This document shows, piece by piece, positions 36,965 through 52,400 of a stretch of 64,000 nucleotides of DNA. This DNA is from Chrysomallon squamiferum (lineage: Eukaryota > Animalia > Mollusca): assembly GCA_012295275.1 (NCBI GenBank), contig CM022677.1, positions 20,336,001 to 20,400,000 of the forward strand, given 5' to 3'. A model generated the notes under the pieces. The model was not told the origin of the DNA and did no database searches. It saw only the letters and a program-made list of their open reading frames with translations. The position numbers and the translations under genes were made by a program. Within the stretch, counting starts at the first letter, position 1. Every line of letters begins with the position of its first letter.

Positions 36965-39900
36965 ATTTTTTGTGAAATATTGCAAACTTTTTCTTGTAAA
37001 ATGAGAAGTGATTAATCTGAACTGTTATTTTTTTAATTATTTTATTATTATTATTTTTATTATTATTTATTTATTTTATTTATTTATTTTATTCTTTTTT
37101 TGGTAAAGGTGAAGTTATTATTCTGAATCATTAAATAATTAATTAATTAATTTATTTGTTTTTAATAAAAAGAGGTAATTTTTGTGAGATTTGTTCTTGT
37201 AAAAAAAAAAAATCATTATTATGGTAGTCTTTTTTCCTCTTGAGAAATCATTTTCATGAAATTTATTTTTATTTTGTAAAATGAGAAATCATTATTGTGA
37301 TATTTATTTTTATTTTGTAAAATGAGAAATCACCCATTCTTTTTTTCTCTTTTGTAAATGATCATTATTGTGAGATGTTTTTATCTTATAAAATGAGAAG
37401 TGACATATTCTTTTAATTTTTTTTTTTAAACTTTATCTTTCAGATACATACATACCTATATACCTACATGTATTTTTTTTTTTTTTTCTTTCTTTTTTCT
37501 TTACACTTTATTTTAATCAGAGAGATGTGAATTGAGATGTCAGTCTGGAACCAGTCCTGATTCACAATGTACTACATGCGTCAAATGCTACGGAAAATCA
37601 TGTGGTAAAACATACATATATACATACATACATACATAGAGATATACAAATACTGACATATGCACATATGTACACATTTGCACAGGTACATACCTATAAG
37701 TAAACACATGCATTGACATTTAGAGAAATGTGGACACATTTGCACACATGCTAACACACACACACACACACACACAGTCACATTCATGCATGCATATGTA
37801 TGGGTTATGTTTGATGAGCTGTTTATAAATACATAACAACTAATAATTGTATACATGAAGCTGGGTATGTATCTTATTTGTTTTAGTAACTGAATGCATC
37901 TTTGAAATACATTGAAGCCATTTGTTCAGTGGCATTCCTGAGGAAGTTAACAAATTGTTTTCTTCATTTGATTAGGTGGATGTACTTTGCAATGTCAGCA
38001 TGGTGGCAGACCCAATTCTGGCTGTACTGCATGTATTCAATGTAGTGGTCGATGGGGTGGACTTCGATGTGGTAAAAATGCATTGATAGATCTATTATTT
38101 TTTATTGTGTATTTGTTTAAGTTTTTGTTACATCTTTACATTTTTTCTTGTAAAATGAGAAGTCATTATTCTGAATTGTTTTGTTCATTTATTTTTTTAT
38201 TTTTTTATTTTATTTATTTTTTTTTTTTTTTTTTTATTTTTTTTTTTTTTTATTTTATTTTTTTTTTTTTATTTTTTTTTTTTAAAGGAGAACTTTTATT
38301 TTATTTTATTTATTTATTTATTTATTTTTTTTATATTTTGTAAAGGAGAAGTCATTATTCTAATTAATTAAATTAATTATTTATTTATTTTTTTATTTTG
38401 TTTTTGATAAATAGATAAGTCATTTTTGTGAGATTTTTTTTTCTAAAATTAGAAGTCATTATTATAGTATACTTTTTTCCTTTTGAGAAATCATTATCCT
38501 GAAATTTATTTTTATTTTGTAAAAAATGAGAAATCATTATTGAGAGATTTATTTTTATTTTGTAAAGTGAGAAATCATTGTGATATTTATTTTTATTTTG
38601 TAAAATGAGATGTCACCTCTTCTTTGTTTTGTTTTTTCTTTTGGGAATGAGAAATCATTATTGTGAGATGTTTCTTATCTTATAAAATGAGAAGTGACAT
38701 ATTCTTTCATTATTTTTTTATAACTTCATCTTACAGATATGCATATGCATAGACATATATATATATATACATATATACCTATATACGTACATGTATTTAT
38801 TTTTTCTTTCTTTTTTCTTTACACTTTATTTTAATCAGAGCGATGTGAAGTGAGATGTCCGTCTGGTCACAGACCTGATTCACAATGTACAAAATGTGTG
38901 AGGCTGGGTATGTATCTTATTTGTTTTAGTAACTGAATGCATCTTTGAAATACATTGAAGCCATTTGTTCAGTGGCATTCCTGAGGAAGTTAACAAATTG
39001 TTTGCTTCATTTGATTAGGTGGATGTACTTTGCAATGTCTACATGGTGGCAGACCCAATTCTGGCTGTACTGCATGTATTCAATGTAGTGGTCGATGGGG
39101 TGGACTTCGATGTGGTAAAAATGCATTGATAGATCTATTATTTTTTATTGTGTATTTGTTTAAGTTTTTGTTACATCTTTACATTTTTTCTTGTAAAATG
39201 AGAAGTGATTATTCTGAATTGTTTTGTTCGTTTATTTTTGTATTATTTTATTTTATTTTATTTTTTTATTATTTTATTTTTATTTTACTTTAATTTATTT
39301 TATTTTATTTTATTTTATTTTATTTTATTTTTTTTTTTTTTTTTTATTTATTTTATTTTATTTTATTTTATTTATTTATTTATTTTTTTTTATATTTTTG
39401 TAAATGAGAAGTCATTATTCTGAGTCATTTAATTAATTAATTTATTTATTTATTTATTTTGTTTTTGATAAATAGATAAGTCATTTTTGTGAGATTTTTT
39501 CTTCTAAAATTAGAAGTCATTATTATAGTATGCATTTTTCCTTTTGAGAAATCATTATCCTGAAATTTATTTTTATTTTGTAAAATGAGAAATCATTATA
39601 TAGAGATTTATTTTTATTTTGTAAAGTGAGAAATCATTGTGATATTTATTTTTATTTTGTAGAATGAAAAGTCACCTATTCTTTGTTTTGATTTTTCTTT
39701 TCTAAAATGAGAAATCATTATTGTGAGATGTTTCTTATCTTATAAAATGAGAAGTGACATATTCTTTCATTATTTTTTTATAACTTCATCTTACAGATAT
39801 GCATATGCATAGACATATATATATATATACATATATACCTATATACGTTCATGTATTTATTTTTTTTTCTTTTTTTTTTCTTTACACTTTATTTTAATCA

Positions 39901-42900
39901 GAGCGATGTGAAGTGAGATGTCCGTCTGGTCACAGACCTGATTCACAATGTACAAAATGTGTGAGGCTGGGTATGTATCTTATTTGTTTTAGTAACTGAA
40001 TGCATCTTTGAAATACATTGAAGCCATTTGTTCAGTGGCATTCCTGAGGAAGTTAACAAATTGTTTGCTTCATTTGATTAGGTGGATGTACTTTGCAATG
40101 TCTACATGGTGGCAGACCCAATTCTGGCTGTACTGCATGTATTCAATGTAGTGGTCGATGGGGTGGACTTCGATGTGGTAAAAATGCATTGATAGATCTA
40201 TTATTTTTTATTGTGTATTTGTTTAAGTTTTTGTTACATCTTTACATTTTTTCTTGTAAAATGAGAAGTGATTATTCTGAATTGTTTTGTTCGTTTATTT
40301 TTGTATTATTTTATTTTATTTTATTTTTTTATTATTTTATTTTTATTTTACTTTAATTTATTTTATTTTATTTTATTTTATTTTATTTTATTTTTTTTTT
40401 TTTTTTTTTTATTTACTTTATTTTATTTTATTTATTTATTTATTTATTTTTTTTTTTATATTTTTGTAAATGAGAAGTCATTATTCTGAGTCATTTAATT
40501 AATTAATTTATTTATTTATTTATTTTGTTTTTGATAAATAGATAAGTCATTTTTGTGAGATTTTTTCTTCTAAAATTAGAAGTCATTATTATAGTATGCA
40601 TTTTTCCTTTTGAGAAATCATTATCCTGAAATTTATTTTTATTTTGTAAAATGAGAAATCATTATATAGAGATTTATTTTTATTTTGTAAAGTGAGAAAT
40701 CATTGTGATATTTATTTTTATTTTGTAGAATGAAAAGTCACCTATTCTTTGTTTTGATTTTTCTTTTCTAAAATGAGAAATCATTATTGTGAGATGTTTC
40801 TTATCTTATAAAATGAGAAGTGACATATTCTTTCATTATTTTTTTATAACTTCATCTTACAGATATGCATATGCATAGACATATATATATATATACATAT
40901 ATACCTATATACGTACATGTATTTATTTTTTCTTTCTTTTTTCTTTACACTTTATTTTAATCAGAGCGATGTGAAGTGAGATGTCCGTCTGGTCACAGAC
41001 CTGATTCACAATGTACAAAATGTGTGAGGCTGGGTATGTATCTTATTTGTTTTAGTAACTGAATGCATCTTTGAAATACATTGAAGCCATTTGTTCAGTG
41101 GCATTCCTGAGGAAGTTAACAAATTGTTTGCTTCATTTGATTAGGTGGATGTACTTTGCAATGTCTACATGGTGGCAGACCCAATTCTGGCTGTACTGCA
41201 TGTATTCAATGTAGTGGTCGATGGGGTGGACTTCGATGTGGTAAAAATGCATTGATAGATCTATTATTTTTTATTGTGTATTTGTTTAAGTTTTTGTTAC
41301 ATCTTTACATTTTTTCTTGTAAAATGAGAAGTGATTATTCTGAATTGTTTTGTTCGTTTATTTTTGTATTATTTTATTTTATTTTATTTTTTTATTATTT
41401 TATTTTTATTTTACTTTAATTTATTTTATTTTATTTTATTTTATTTTATTTATTTTATTTTTTTTTTTTTTTTTTTTATTTATTTATTTTTTATTTTATT
41501 TATTTATTTATTTATTTTTTTTTATTTTTGTAAATGAGAAGTCATTATTCTGAGTCATTTAATTAATTAATTTATTTATTTATTTATTTTGTTTTTGATA
41601 AATAGATAAGTCATTTTTGTGAGATTTTTTCTTCTAAAATTAGAAGTCATTATTATATATGCATTTTTCCTTTTGAGAAATCATTATCCTGAAATTTATT
41701 TTTATTTTGTAAAATGAGAAATCATTATATAGAGATTTATTTTTATTTTGTAAAGTGAGAAATCATTGTGATATTTATTTTTATTTTGTAGAATGAAAAG
41801 TCACCTATTCTTTGTTTTGATTTTTCTTTTCTAAAATGAGAAATCATTATTGTGATATTTATTGTTATTTTGTAGAATGAGATGTCACCTATTCTTTGTT
41901 TTGTTTTTTCTTTTGTGAATGAGAAATTATTATTGTGAGATGTTTTTTATCTTATAAAATGAGAAGTGACATATTCTTTCATTACTTTTTTATAACTTCA
42001 TCTTACAGACATGCATATGCATAGACATATATATATATATATATACCTATATACGTACATGTATTTATTTTTTCTTTCTTTTTTCTTTACACTTTATTTT
42101 AATCAGAGCGATGTGAAGTGAGATGTCCGTCTGGTCACAGACCTGATTCACAATGTACAAAATGTGTGAGGCTGGGTATGTATCTTATTTGTTTTAGTAA
42201 CTGAATGCATCTTTGAAATACATTGAAGCCATTTGTTCAGTGGCTTTCCTGAGGAATTTAACAAATTTTTTTCTTCATTTGATTAGGTGGATGTACTTTG
42301 CAATGTCTACATGGTGGCAGACCCAATTCTGGCTGTACTGCGTGTACTCAGTGTACTGGTCAATGGCGTGGAACTCTGTGTGGTAAAAAAATCATTGATA
42401 GATCTATTAGTTTTTATTGTGTATTTGTTCAACTATTTATTATATCTTTACGTATCCATCGATGTCATTTGTATTAATTATATATACTGGTATTAATTAT
42501 CATTCACTTGTATTAATTATCTTTCACCTCTATTATCATTCAGTTGTTAATATTAATTGTCATTCACGTTTATTATCATTCCATTTGTGTTATGTTATAC
42601 TAATTATCACTGACTTATATTAATTATCATACATTTGTAGTAATTACTTTTATTATCTTTCTTTTGTATTTTCATACACTTGTATTATCATTTATTTCTG
42701 TCATCATACACTTGTATTATCATTTACTTGTATTATCATTTGCTTATATTATTGTACATTTATATTACAGTATATTTCTATTAATTATCATTGACTTCTA
42801 TTATCATTTACATGTGTTATCATTTTCTTGCATTATTATTCACTTCTATTTTGATTCACTTATATTATCATTCACTTGAATCAGTGACCATTTGCTTGTA

Positions 42901-43455
42901 TCAGTTAACATTCACTTTATTCACTTGTGTTAATTATTATTCATTAGTATCAATTACAATTCACCTGTATAAGTTATCATTCACTTGTGTTAATTACTAT
43001 TCATTAGTATCAATTACAATTCACCTGTATCAGTTATCATTCTCTTGTGTTAATTATCATTCGCTTGTATTAATTACCATTCACTTGTATTAATTATCAT
43101 TCAGTTACATTTATTATCATTCACTTGCATTAATTATCATTTATTATCAGTAACTTGTATTAGTTATCATTCACTTGTATTAATTATTATTCACTTGTAT
43201 TTATTATTGTTCAGTAATCAAAACAGTTTTGATAATTTAGTAAATACTGCAGTAGGGTTGTTTTCCTTCAACAGGATTTTCTAGAAATTGATTTAGTGCA
43301 TTTTGACAATTCACTGGATTGTTCCGTTAGTGTTTGTGAATGAAAGTATAAAGTTCATTATTTCTGTTTTGTGAGTTACATGTTAAATAGAAAGATGTCC
43401 TCCAATCAGTTTCTGCATGAGAAGCATTACTTTGATAATATCAATACTAGACATA

Positions 43456-43498
<43 letters not shown>

Positions 43499-46059
43499 AG
43501 GTGTTTGTGTATGTGTGTATGTATGTATGTGTGTATGTGTGTGTGTGTGTGTTTGTGTCTTTAATTGTGAAGTAATTTTGTAAGGGTGCGTATATACATG
43601 AACAGATATGTGTATGTGATACTTTTATTTGTACTGATGACTATCTGATTTTGTTTAATTGCATTTTTCTCTTCAAAAATCTCTTTACTTCAAGATGACA
43701 TTTTTTCCTTTTTCTTTCTTGTTTACTGAAGCAGGTTGGTGTCTTGTTTCACTAAACAGATACACATTAACAGAAAGTTTATTTTTGTTTACCACAGTGA
43801 GTCTGTCAGCTGTTTTTCAACTCATATTAACAAGCATGTTTATTTTTATTTAGACAGAGAGTCTATGATCTCCTTGTCATCAAAGATACAAATTAACAAG
43901 ATCATTTATTTGATTTTAAATGGAATCTTAATTTACAACATCATGTATATAAGCTGATTTTCATTGCAGATAGAAATTTAGAAGAAAATATATTTAAACT
44001 TATTTAGCATCATTATTTCCAAAAGCAAATCTATAAATTGTTTTTCAACATACATTAACAAGAATTTATTTTTATTTACAGTCATGACTTCATACAACAA
44101 GTCTGCAGGCTGCTTTTCAACATACATTAACAAGAGAGTTTATTTCTATATAGAATCATTGGTGCCTACAACAAGTCTGCAGGCTGCTTTTCAACACACA
44201 TTAACAAGAGAGTTCATTTATTTTTATTTAAAATTGTGACTTCATACAACAAGTCTGCAGGCTGTTTTTCAACACACATTAACACGACAGTTTATTTTTT
44301 ATACAGAATCATTTCCCTACAACAAGTCTGCAGGCTGTTTTTCAACACACACAAACAAGAGAGTTTATTTTTTATACAGAATCATGAATTCCTACAACAA
44401 GTCTGTAGGTTGTTTTCAACACACATTAAAAAGACAGTTTATTTATTTTTATTTAGAAATTTGCCCTATCATTTGTCAGCATGGTGGCCAATACGACTAT
44501 CGATGTATCACTTGTATTGGATGCAGTAACAAATGGGGAGGATCACGTTGTGGTAAAAAATATATTCTGAAATATATGTGTATGTATGTATATATATATA
44601 CGTTTGTATGTGTATTTAAAAAAATATTGTGTATTTGTTTGACTCATTATAATATTGTATTGCTGTATGTTAGTCTTTCGTTGATGTCAACCTCACAACA
44701 CTCGGAATCAACTGCGGCAGTCGGTGATTTAGTTGGTTAGTTACAGGACTAGATCAGCATTTTGGAGTTTTGTACTGACTCCTTTGTTTATATTCTTAAT
44801 GTATTGACATGCTAGAAGAGTGTCATTGGAAGATATATTGAGATACTAGAAGCATGTCATTGTAAGATATATTGAGATACTGGAGGCATGCCATTGTAAG
44901 ATATATTGACATACTTGAAGCATGTTATTGTAAGATATATTGAGATACTAGAAGCTTGTCATTGTAAGATATATTGACATGCTGGAAACATGTCATTTTA
45001 AGATATATTGACATGAAAGAAGACTGTCATTGTAAAATATGTTGACATACTGGAAGCTTGTCATTGTAAGATATATTGACATGCTGGAAACATGTCATTT
45101 TAAGATATATTGACATGAAAGAAGACTGTCATTGTAAGATATTTCATCATGCTAAAAGACTCTCATTGCAGGATACACTATAAGCTGCCATTACAAGTTG
45201 ATATCTCAAGATGCAATAAAACCACTATTGGCAAGAAATCTTAATATGTTAGAAAAATGCCTTTGTAAGATATCTCATGATGCTAGAATACTGCCATTGC
45301 AAGATATATCGACATATCACACTAACTTTGTAAACTGTAGAGGGTAAAATGGGTAATTTTCTCCATAACATGTAGAAGAAGGAAGTATGTATGCAAAAAT
45401 TTGATACAGAAATGGTTAATTCATAAATGCACGTAACAGTGATTGTATATAACAGAGTTTGTGTGTGTTATTGTGTGCAAGTAAAATATATTTATTTGTT
45501 CATGACAGTCAGTAATATACTGACAAATTCTTCATTTGATTTAGAGCATTGTACTTTGACTTGTCAACATGGTGGTAGACCTAATTCTCAGTGTAGTGGA
45601 TGTGTTGGATGTTCTGGAAAGTGGGGTGGAAATATATGCGGTAATTATTTTTTAATATTGCATCATTTTTCCTCTCTTTAAGCATTTGTGGCTGGTTTCA
45701 GTATTTATCATAGGCAATATGACCATTTGTTTTGTTTATACAGACTTCTGTGTATACAGCTATGACACACACAGACACCACACCTTCACCACAGAAACAA
45801 ATAATGTCTGCTAAATTCAAACACTGTTGTAATGAAACATGCTGTTCAAGCATCATTTCCAAGTTCACTGCAGTTTTATTATTCTTAGTTTAGCTAGATG
45901 AGCACTTTAAGTTAATTATGCATGTGTGAATGCATGATGATTGTGCACAGGTGTGAAAGATAAAATAATATTTATATTTACTGTTCATTCATGTATATCT
46001 AACAAAGTTATTATTTTTTTTTTCCAGAGTATTGTTGAGTTGTGATCATGTGTTTTTAT

Positions 46060-46099
<40 letters not shown>

Positions 46100-46613
46100 T
46101 AATATTTATTTTATTCAGAGTATTGTTCTTTGCGTTGTCAACATGGTGGAATAGCTGATAGTCAGTGTAATAAATGTACTAGATGCACTGGAAACTGGGG
46201 TGGAGACCTGTGTGGTAATAACTTTTTAAAAGAAAAAACACTCAGCAAGAGATTCCAATTTGATTTGTAACAGTGTTTCAAAAATTATCATCATCATCAT
46301 CAACAGTATTTATTTAGTTATCTTTTATTATTTATTTAGTTATTTATTTTTTTATTTGATAATATTGTTATTGCTGGTTATTATTTTTATTATTTATTTA
46401 TTTATTTTTACCACTATTATTGCTATTATTATATTTAGGGTTAAATTTTGACTGTAGAAAACTGATATTGACCAGTCACAGCCTTCTCTGCATGACAGAC
46501 GTGTGTGGTTTAAAAATGTATGATTTTGTCAGTAGGAAAGTAGCCTAAAGGTGATACAGAGGTTTTTTTTAAAATAATGGCTGTGTGTGTATGTATGTGA
46601 ATAAATCTGACAG

Positions 46614-46688
<75 letters not shown>

Positions 46689-49143
46689 CTCTTTGTTCAA
46701 TACATGCTTGGCATCCTTTAATAATTTTTATTATTTTCTTTCCTTTTTTTTTTTTTCCCCTTTTTTTTCTTTTAGAGCGTTGTTTGTTGAAGTGTCAACA
46801 TGGTGGCAGATGTAATTCTTACTGTACTGGATGTACTCAGTGTTCTGGGAACTGGGGTGGAAATTTGTGTGGTAAAAGCATTATTCATTGCACACATATT
46901 TCACTTTTACAGTAGACCCTTGATTTTGTCACACTGATATTTGGGAAAGACATTGTATCACAAATGTTCTAAAATGTGGAAATATTTACAGTTTATACCT
47001 TTAAAATAAGACATTAAAAGAAGATCCTTTGCCATTATTATGCTGGCCAGGAGTAATTAAAAGGCAAGACTCCGAATATGAGGCATAAAGGGTGAAAGGT
47101 GGTATTTGGAGAAGAATTTGTGTTGGTAAAGGTTTAGCATGACAAATTGTGCATTGCGGTTAGTCTACTAACCCTGGACAGGTGGTAGATTATCCCAAGG
47201 AGTTGCCTAAAGAGACAAGATGATCCTCTCAAGATATTGTCTGAGTGGACAGGTAGATCATCTCCAGTACTTGTTCAAGTGGACACATAGATCATCTCAA
47301 GACATGTTTGAATAGACATGTAGATCATCTCAAGACTTGTTTGAATAGACATGTAGATCATCTCCAGTACTTGTTCAAATGGACACGTAGATCATCTCAA
47401 GACTTGTTTGAATAGACATGTAGATCATCTCAAGACTTGTTTGAATAGACACCTAGATCATCTCAAGACTTGTTTGAATAGACATGTAGATCATCTCAAA
47501 TGTTTGGTTAATGGACAAGTAGATTATACAAAGTCTATGCCTGAGTCAGTAAATAGGTTGTCTCAAGTACTTCTGTGAATGGAAGAATATGTTGTCCAAG
47601 GATCTGAATGAACAAGTAGATAATCTCAAGTACTTGTCTGAATGGACAAATAGATCATCCCAAGTACTTTTCTGAGTGGAGAAATAGATCATCAAAGTAT
47701 TTGCTCAAATGCACAAGTGGCCAAGTTTGGCAGCACTTGCTCTGTAGAACATTGGAACTTACATGTGTCATAGAGTTAGAGAGCATCAAGAGCTTGCTTG
47801 ATTGTTGAATCTGACATCCACTGAGCTTTGTTAAAACAATGATATTTATTGTTGCATATTAGTCCATTACATTGTCACATTTGTAGTAACTGTCTTTTAA
47901 GCAATAAATATACTCTGATATTTGGTTTTGATGCACACACAAAAAATTATATCTCCATTCCACAATGATTAAAATGTTTTAAAACATAGAAAGATGCCAG
48001 CAAATTAATATATATTTTTGTAGAACATTATATATATTATACACACATGTACAGACATGCATTTATTGCTTATTGTGTGTGTCTGTGTTTGTGTATGGCT
48101 AGATTGATTCATTTTATTTCTATTGATGAATGTGTAGGTTTGTTTAACTACTATGTTTGTGTGGAATTAAACTACACCAGATGTATATCCTGTTTGTCGA
48201 TACAGTTACACATCAGTAAAGTTATTTATTTTTGTTTAGAATTGTGTTATTGATGAATGGTTTGTCCGTTTGTTTAGTAAAGTTATTTATTTATTTTTGT
48301 TTAGAATTGTGTTATTGATGAATGGTTTGTCTGTTTGTCGACACAGTCACACATCAGTAAAGTTATTTATTTTTGTTTAAATTGTGTTATTGATGAATGG
48401 TTTGTCTGTTTGTCGACACAGTCACACATCAGTAAAGTTATTTATTTATTTTTGTTTAGAATTGTGTTATTGATGAATGGTTTGTCTGTTTGTCGACACA
48501 GTCACACATCAGTAAAGTTATTTATTTTTTTTGTTTAGAATTGTGTTATTGATGAATGGTTTGTCTGTTTGTCGACACAGTCACACATAGTAAAGTTATT
48601 TATTTATTTTTGTTTAGAATTGTGTTATTGATGAATGGTTTGTCTGTTTGTCGACACAGTCACACATAGTAAAGTTATTTATTTATTTTTGTTTAGAATT
48701 GTGTTATTGATGAATGGTTTGTCTGTTTGTCGACACAGTCACACATAGTAAAGTTATTTATTTATTTTTGTTTAGAATTGTGTTATTGATGAATGGTTTG
48801 TCTGTTTGTCGACACAGTCACACAGTAAAGTATTTATTTATTTTGTTTAAAGAATGGTTTGTCTGTTTGTCGATTTATTTATTTTTATTGATGAATGGTT
48901 TGTCTGTTTGTCGAATTGTGTTTAGAATTGTGTTATTGATGAATGGTTTGTCTGTTTGTCGACACAGTCACACATCAGTAAAGTTATTTATTTATTTTTG
49001 TTTAGAATTGTGTTATTGATGAATGGTTTGTCTGTTTCAGACCGTTGTACACTCAGATGTCAGCATGGTGGCAGACCAGATTCTCAGTGTGCTAAATGTA
49101 CTCAGTGTTATGGGTCATGGGGTGGAAACATGTGTGGTAATGA

Positions 49144-49193
<50 letters not shown>

Positions 49194-49194
49194 G

Positions 49195-49233
<39 letters not shown>

Positions 49234-49405
49234 GACCCATGTCTTTAGTTCCAATTTGATCTCTGTTTCATATTTTTTGTCAGAAAATGAGTTGTAGGAA
49301 ATAATAGCTTTCATAAAAGTCTTCTAAATCACACATTACGATTATTTTCTATCACTTTCAATATTAGATCAATGAGATAAAGAGTCTCTCTCTCTCTCTC
49401 TCTTT

Positions 49406-49489
<84 letters not shown>

Positions 49490-52400
49490 ATAATCACACC
49501 TTTTTTCTTTTTGATATATATTCTGTTTCATTTGATCTTTTTGTCTGATATATAGACACATTGACTAATTCTTTCTATACTGTACATTTATAAATCAAAA
49601 GCAATTAGAGATTTAAAATCATTTCCAAATTTTCAAGTTTGTTCAATTTAATTCATAAATTACATAAAAAATAATAATCCAAAAAAGGGTTTCCTTTCAC
49701 ACAGTGTTTGACAAATTTTGACCATTTTCTCATTTGGCTAATTTATTGATAAAGGTGCCCCTGCCTGTGTTATAGTGTTATAGCTGTTTTCTGTGGGCAT
49801 GGTAACATCATGTCAAGTAAAATATAGTTAAAAATGTTTGTCTGGGACTATCTGGGACTATCTGGGACACACTAACAGATTGTTTGTTTTATTTAGAGCG
49901 CTGTTTTCTCACTTGTCAACATGGTGGCAGGCCCGATACATACTGCTCTGTGTGTACTGGATGTTCTGGAAAATGGAGCGGGAGGTTATGTGGTAAGAAA
50001 AACTTTCGTAAATACTGTTATTTTTTAACTGATGTTTGTTAATGAGAACTATTGAATGCAACAACTGAAATCCAACAAACAAACATGCATGCATAGATTC
50101 AAACCTGTTTATAGACATGTTGTTTCTGACTTATGTTGTCAATAAAAACTACTTAATGAAACATTATATTTCTGTCTTACATTTTTAATGAAAACAACTG
50201 AATGCAAAACTTGAAATCCAGTAAGCAAACATGCATGTATAGATTCAGGCACACATACCGCACAGTTTTCGGCACACACTCATGCAGATGTGTACACACT
50301 TACTAAGTAAAATTCAAATTTAACCCTTCTGGTGCTACTCACAAGACTGCTACTGGCTTAGGTTTCAGTTGCTGTATAGCTTACTGTGTCGTTTTGTTAT
50401 TGTGTTAAGTTTTAGAAATAGATAGGATAACAGTAGGTACTTTCCCAGAAATACCAATCTCTGGAAAGTATGTGTTGCATCATGATTTTGTGCTGAAAGA
50501 TTTGAAATAATAAAAGATACTAGTTTAAGCATCAATTCAAAAGAAACTGATAGTTTTGGTTAGTATCATTCTGCATGAGTGTTTGACTGTGGAGGTTAAA
50601 TATTACTTTGTATTTAAATTCATTGTTCATACATGTTTACATTAATAAACTGTTTTGTTTATTTTGTTTTGTGTATTGTACTTTGAATTGTCAATATACA
50701 TACATTAACAAACTGTCTGTTTATTTTATTCAGAATATTGTTATTTGTTATGTCAGTGTGTCTATGTGTTTGTGTGTGTTTGTGTTTTAAAAATCTATGC
50801 ACTTGTTTTGTTCAGAGCACTGTGGACTGAGTTGTCAACATGGAGGAAGAGGTGATAGTCAGTGTTCTCGATGTATTGGATGCACTCAGTACTGGGGTGG
50901 AACCATGTGTTGTAATATGAATAATCATTCAACATTTATATGCTTATTTATACTGATGTCAGTGTGTCAATATTTTAATAATTTGTCTCTAAGAACGTAT
51001 GTTAATAATACTTTCTAAGAATGTATCTTAATGCTACTTTCTAAGAACTTATCACAATACTACTCAGAAGATATGTTAATAATAATTTCTAAGAACGTAT
51101 CTTATTAACAGTTTCTAAGAACGTATCTTAATACTGCTTTCTGAGAATGTAGGTCAATACTACTTTCTAAGAACTTATGTTAATAATAATTTCTAAGAAG
51201 GTATTTAATAATAATTTCTAAAACTGTATCTTAATAATACTTCCTAAGAATGTATCTTAATAATCTAACTAAGAATGCATTTTCTGGTTGGCATTAACAA
51301 ATTGTTTATTTTAATGCTAGCTTGTACTTTGAACTTATGCACAATGGCAAGCCTAACACCCAGTATATTCATGCTACAGATGTGATGGAAACTGGGGTGG
51401 AAAACAGTGTGGTAAAAATCTTTAGTATAAATATTTTAATTACAGCTGAAAAGCTTGATTTCATGAAACTGACAGTGATTTTTGTCAAACACAATAGATT
51501 GCAGATGTTTTAAAAACGTTAATGCAGTTTATTATTATAACTGATCAGTGTAATAATTTAAATATTGAACAGCTATATATAACAATGCAATTTTAAAATT
51601 GTATCTTATGAACAGTTATATAACAACGTAATATTAATCATTTTAATACTGACAACTATATAACAATGTAATTTGAATAATTTTAATACTTGGAACTGTA
51701 ATATAACAATATACTATTAATAATTTTAATAAATATGAACTGTAATATTACAGTATACTATTAATAAATTTAATATTAGGAACAATTATATAACAATGTA
51801 GTTTTAATAGTTTTAATATTCAGAACAATTGTATAACAAAGACATAGTAATAATTTTGAAACTATGAACAAGCACATGCAGTGTAAATTTAATAATTTGA
51901 ATACTAGGAACAATTATGTAACAATGTAACAGTTTTAATACTAGGAACAATTAAGTAACAATGTTGTTTTAATAGTGTTGATGGTAGGAACAGATACGTT
52001 ACAATTTAATATTAATAGTTTTAATACCATGAACAAGCATATGCAGGGTAATTTTAATAATTTTATTATTACGATATATTATATAACTATGTAATTTTAA
52101 TAGTTTTAACACTAGGAACAAGTATATAACAGTGTAATTGTAATAGTTTTAATACTTGGAACAGTTATGTAACAATGTAATTTAATAGTTTTAATGGTAG
52201 GAACAAGATATAACTATGTAATTTTAATATTTTAACACTTTTAAGTATATAACTATGAACAATACTTTTAACACTAGGAACAAGTATATAACTATGTAAT
52301 TTTAATACTTTTAACACTAGGAACAAGTATATAACTATGTAATTTTAATAGTTTTAACACTAGGAACAATTATATAACAGTGTAATTGTAATAGTTTTAA

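Larger units (their letters stand above)
37440..42440 (+). repeat. ~1.06-kb tandem duplication carrying a two-exon cassette, 5 units
   Basis: Identical ORFs at 39030, 40093, 41156 (period 1063); flanking units diverged. Confidence 0.92.
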
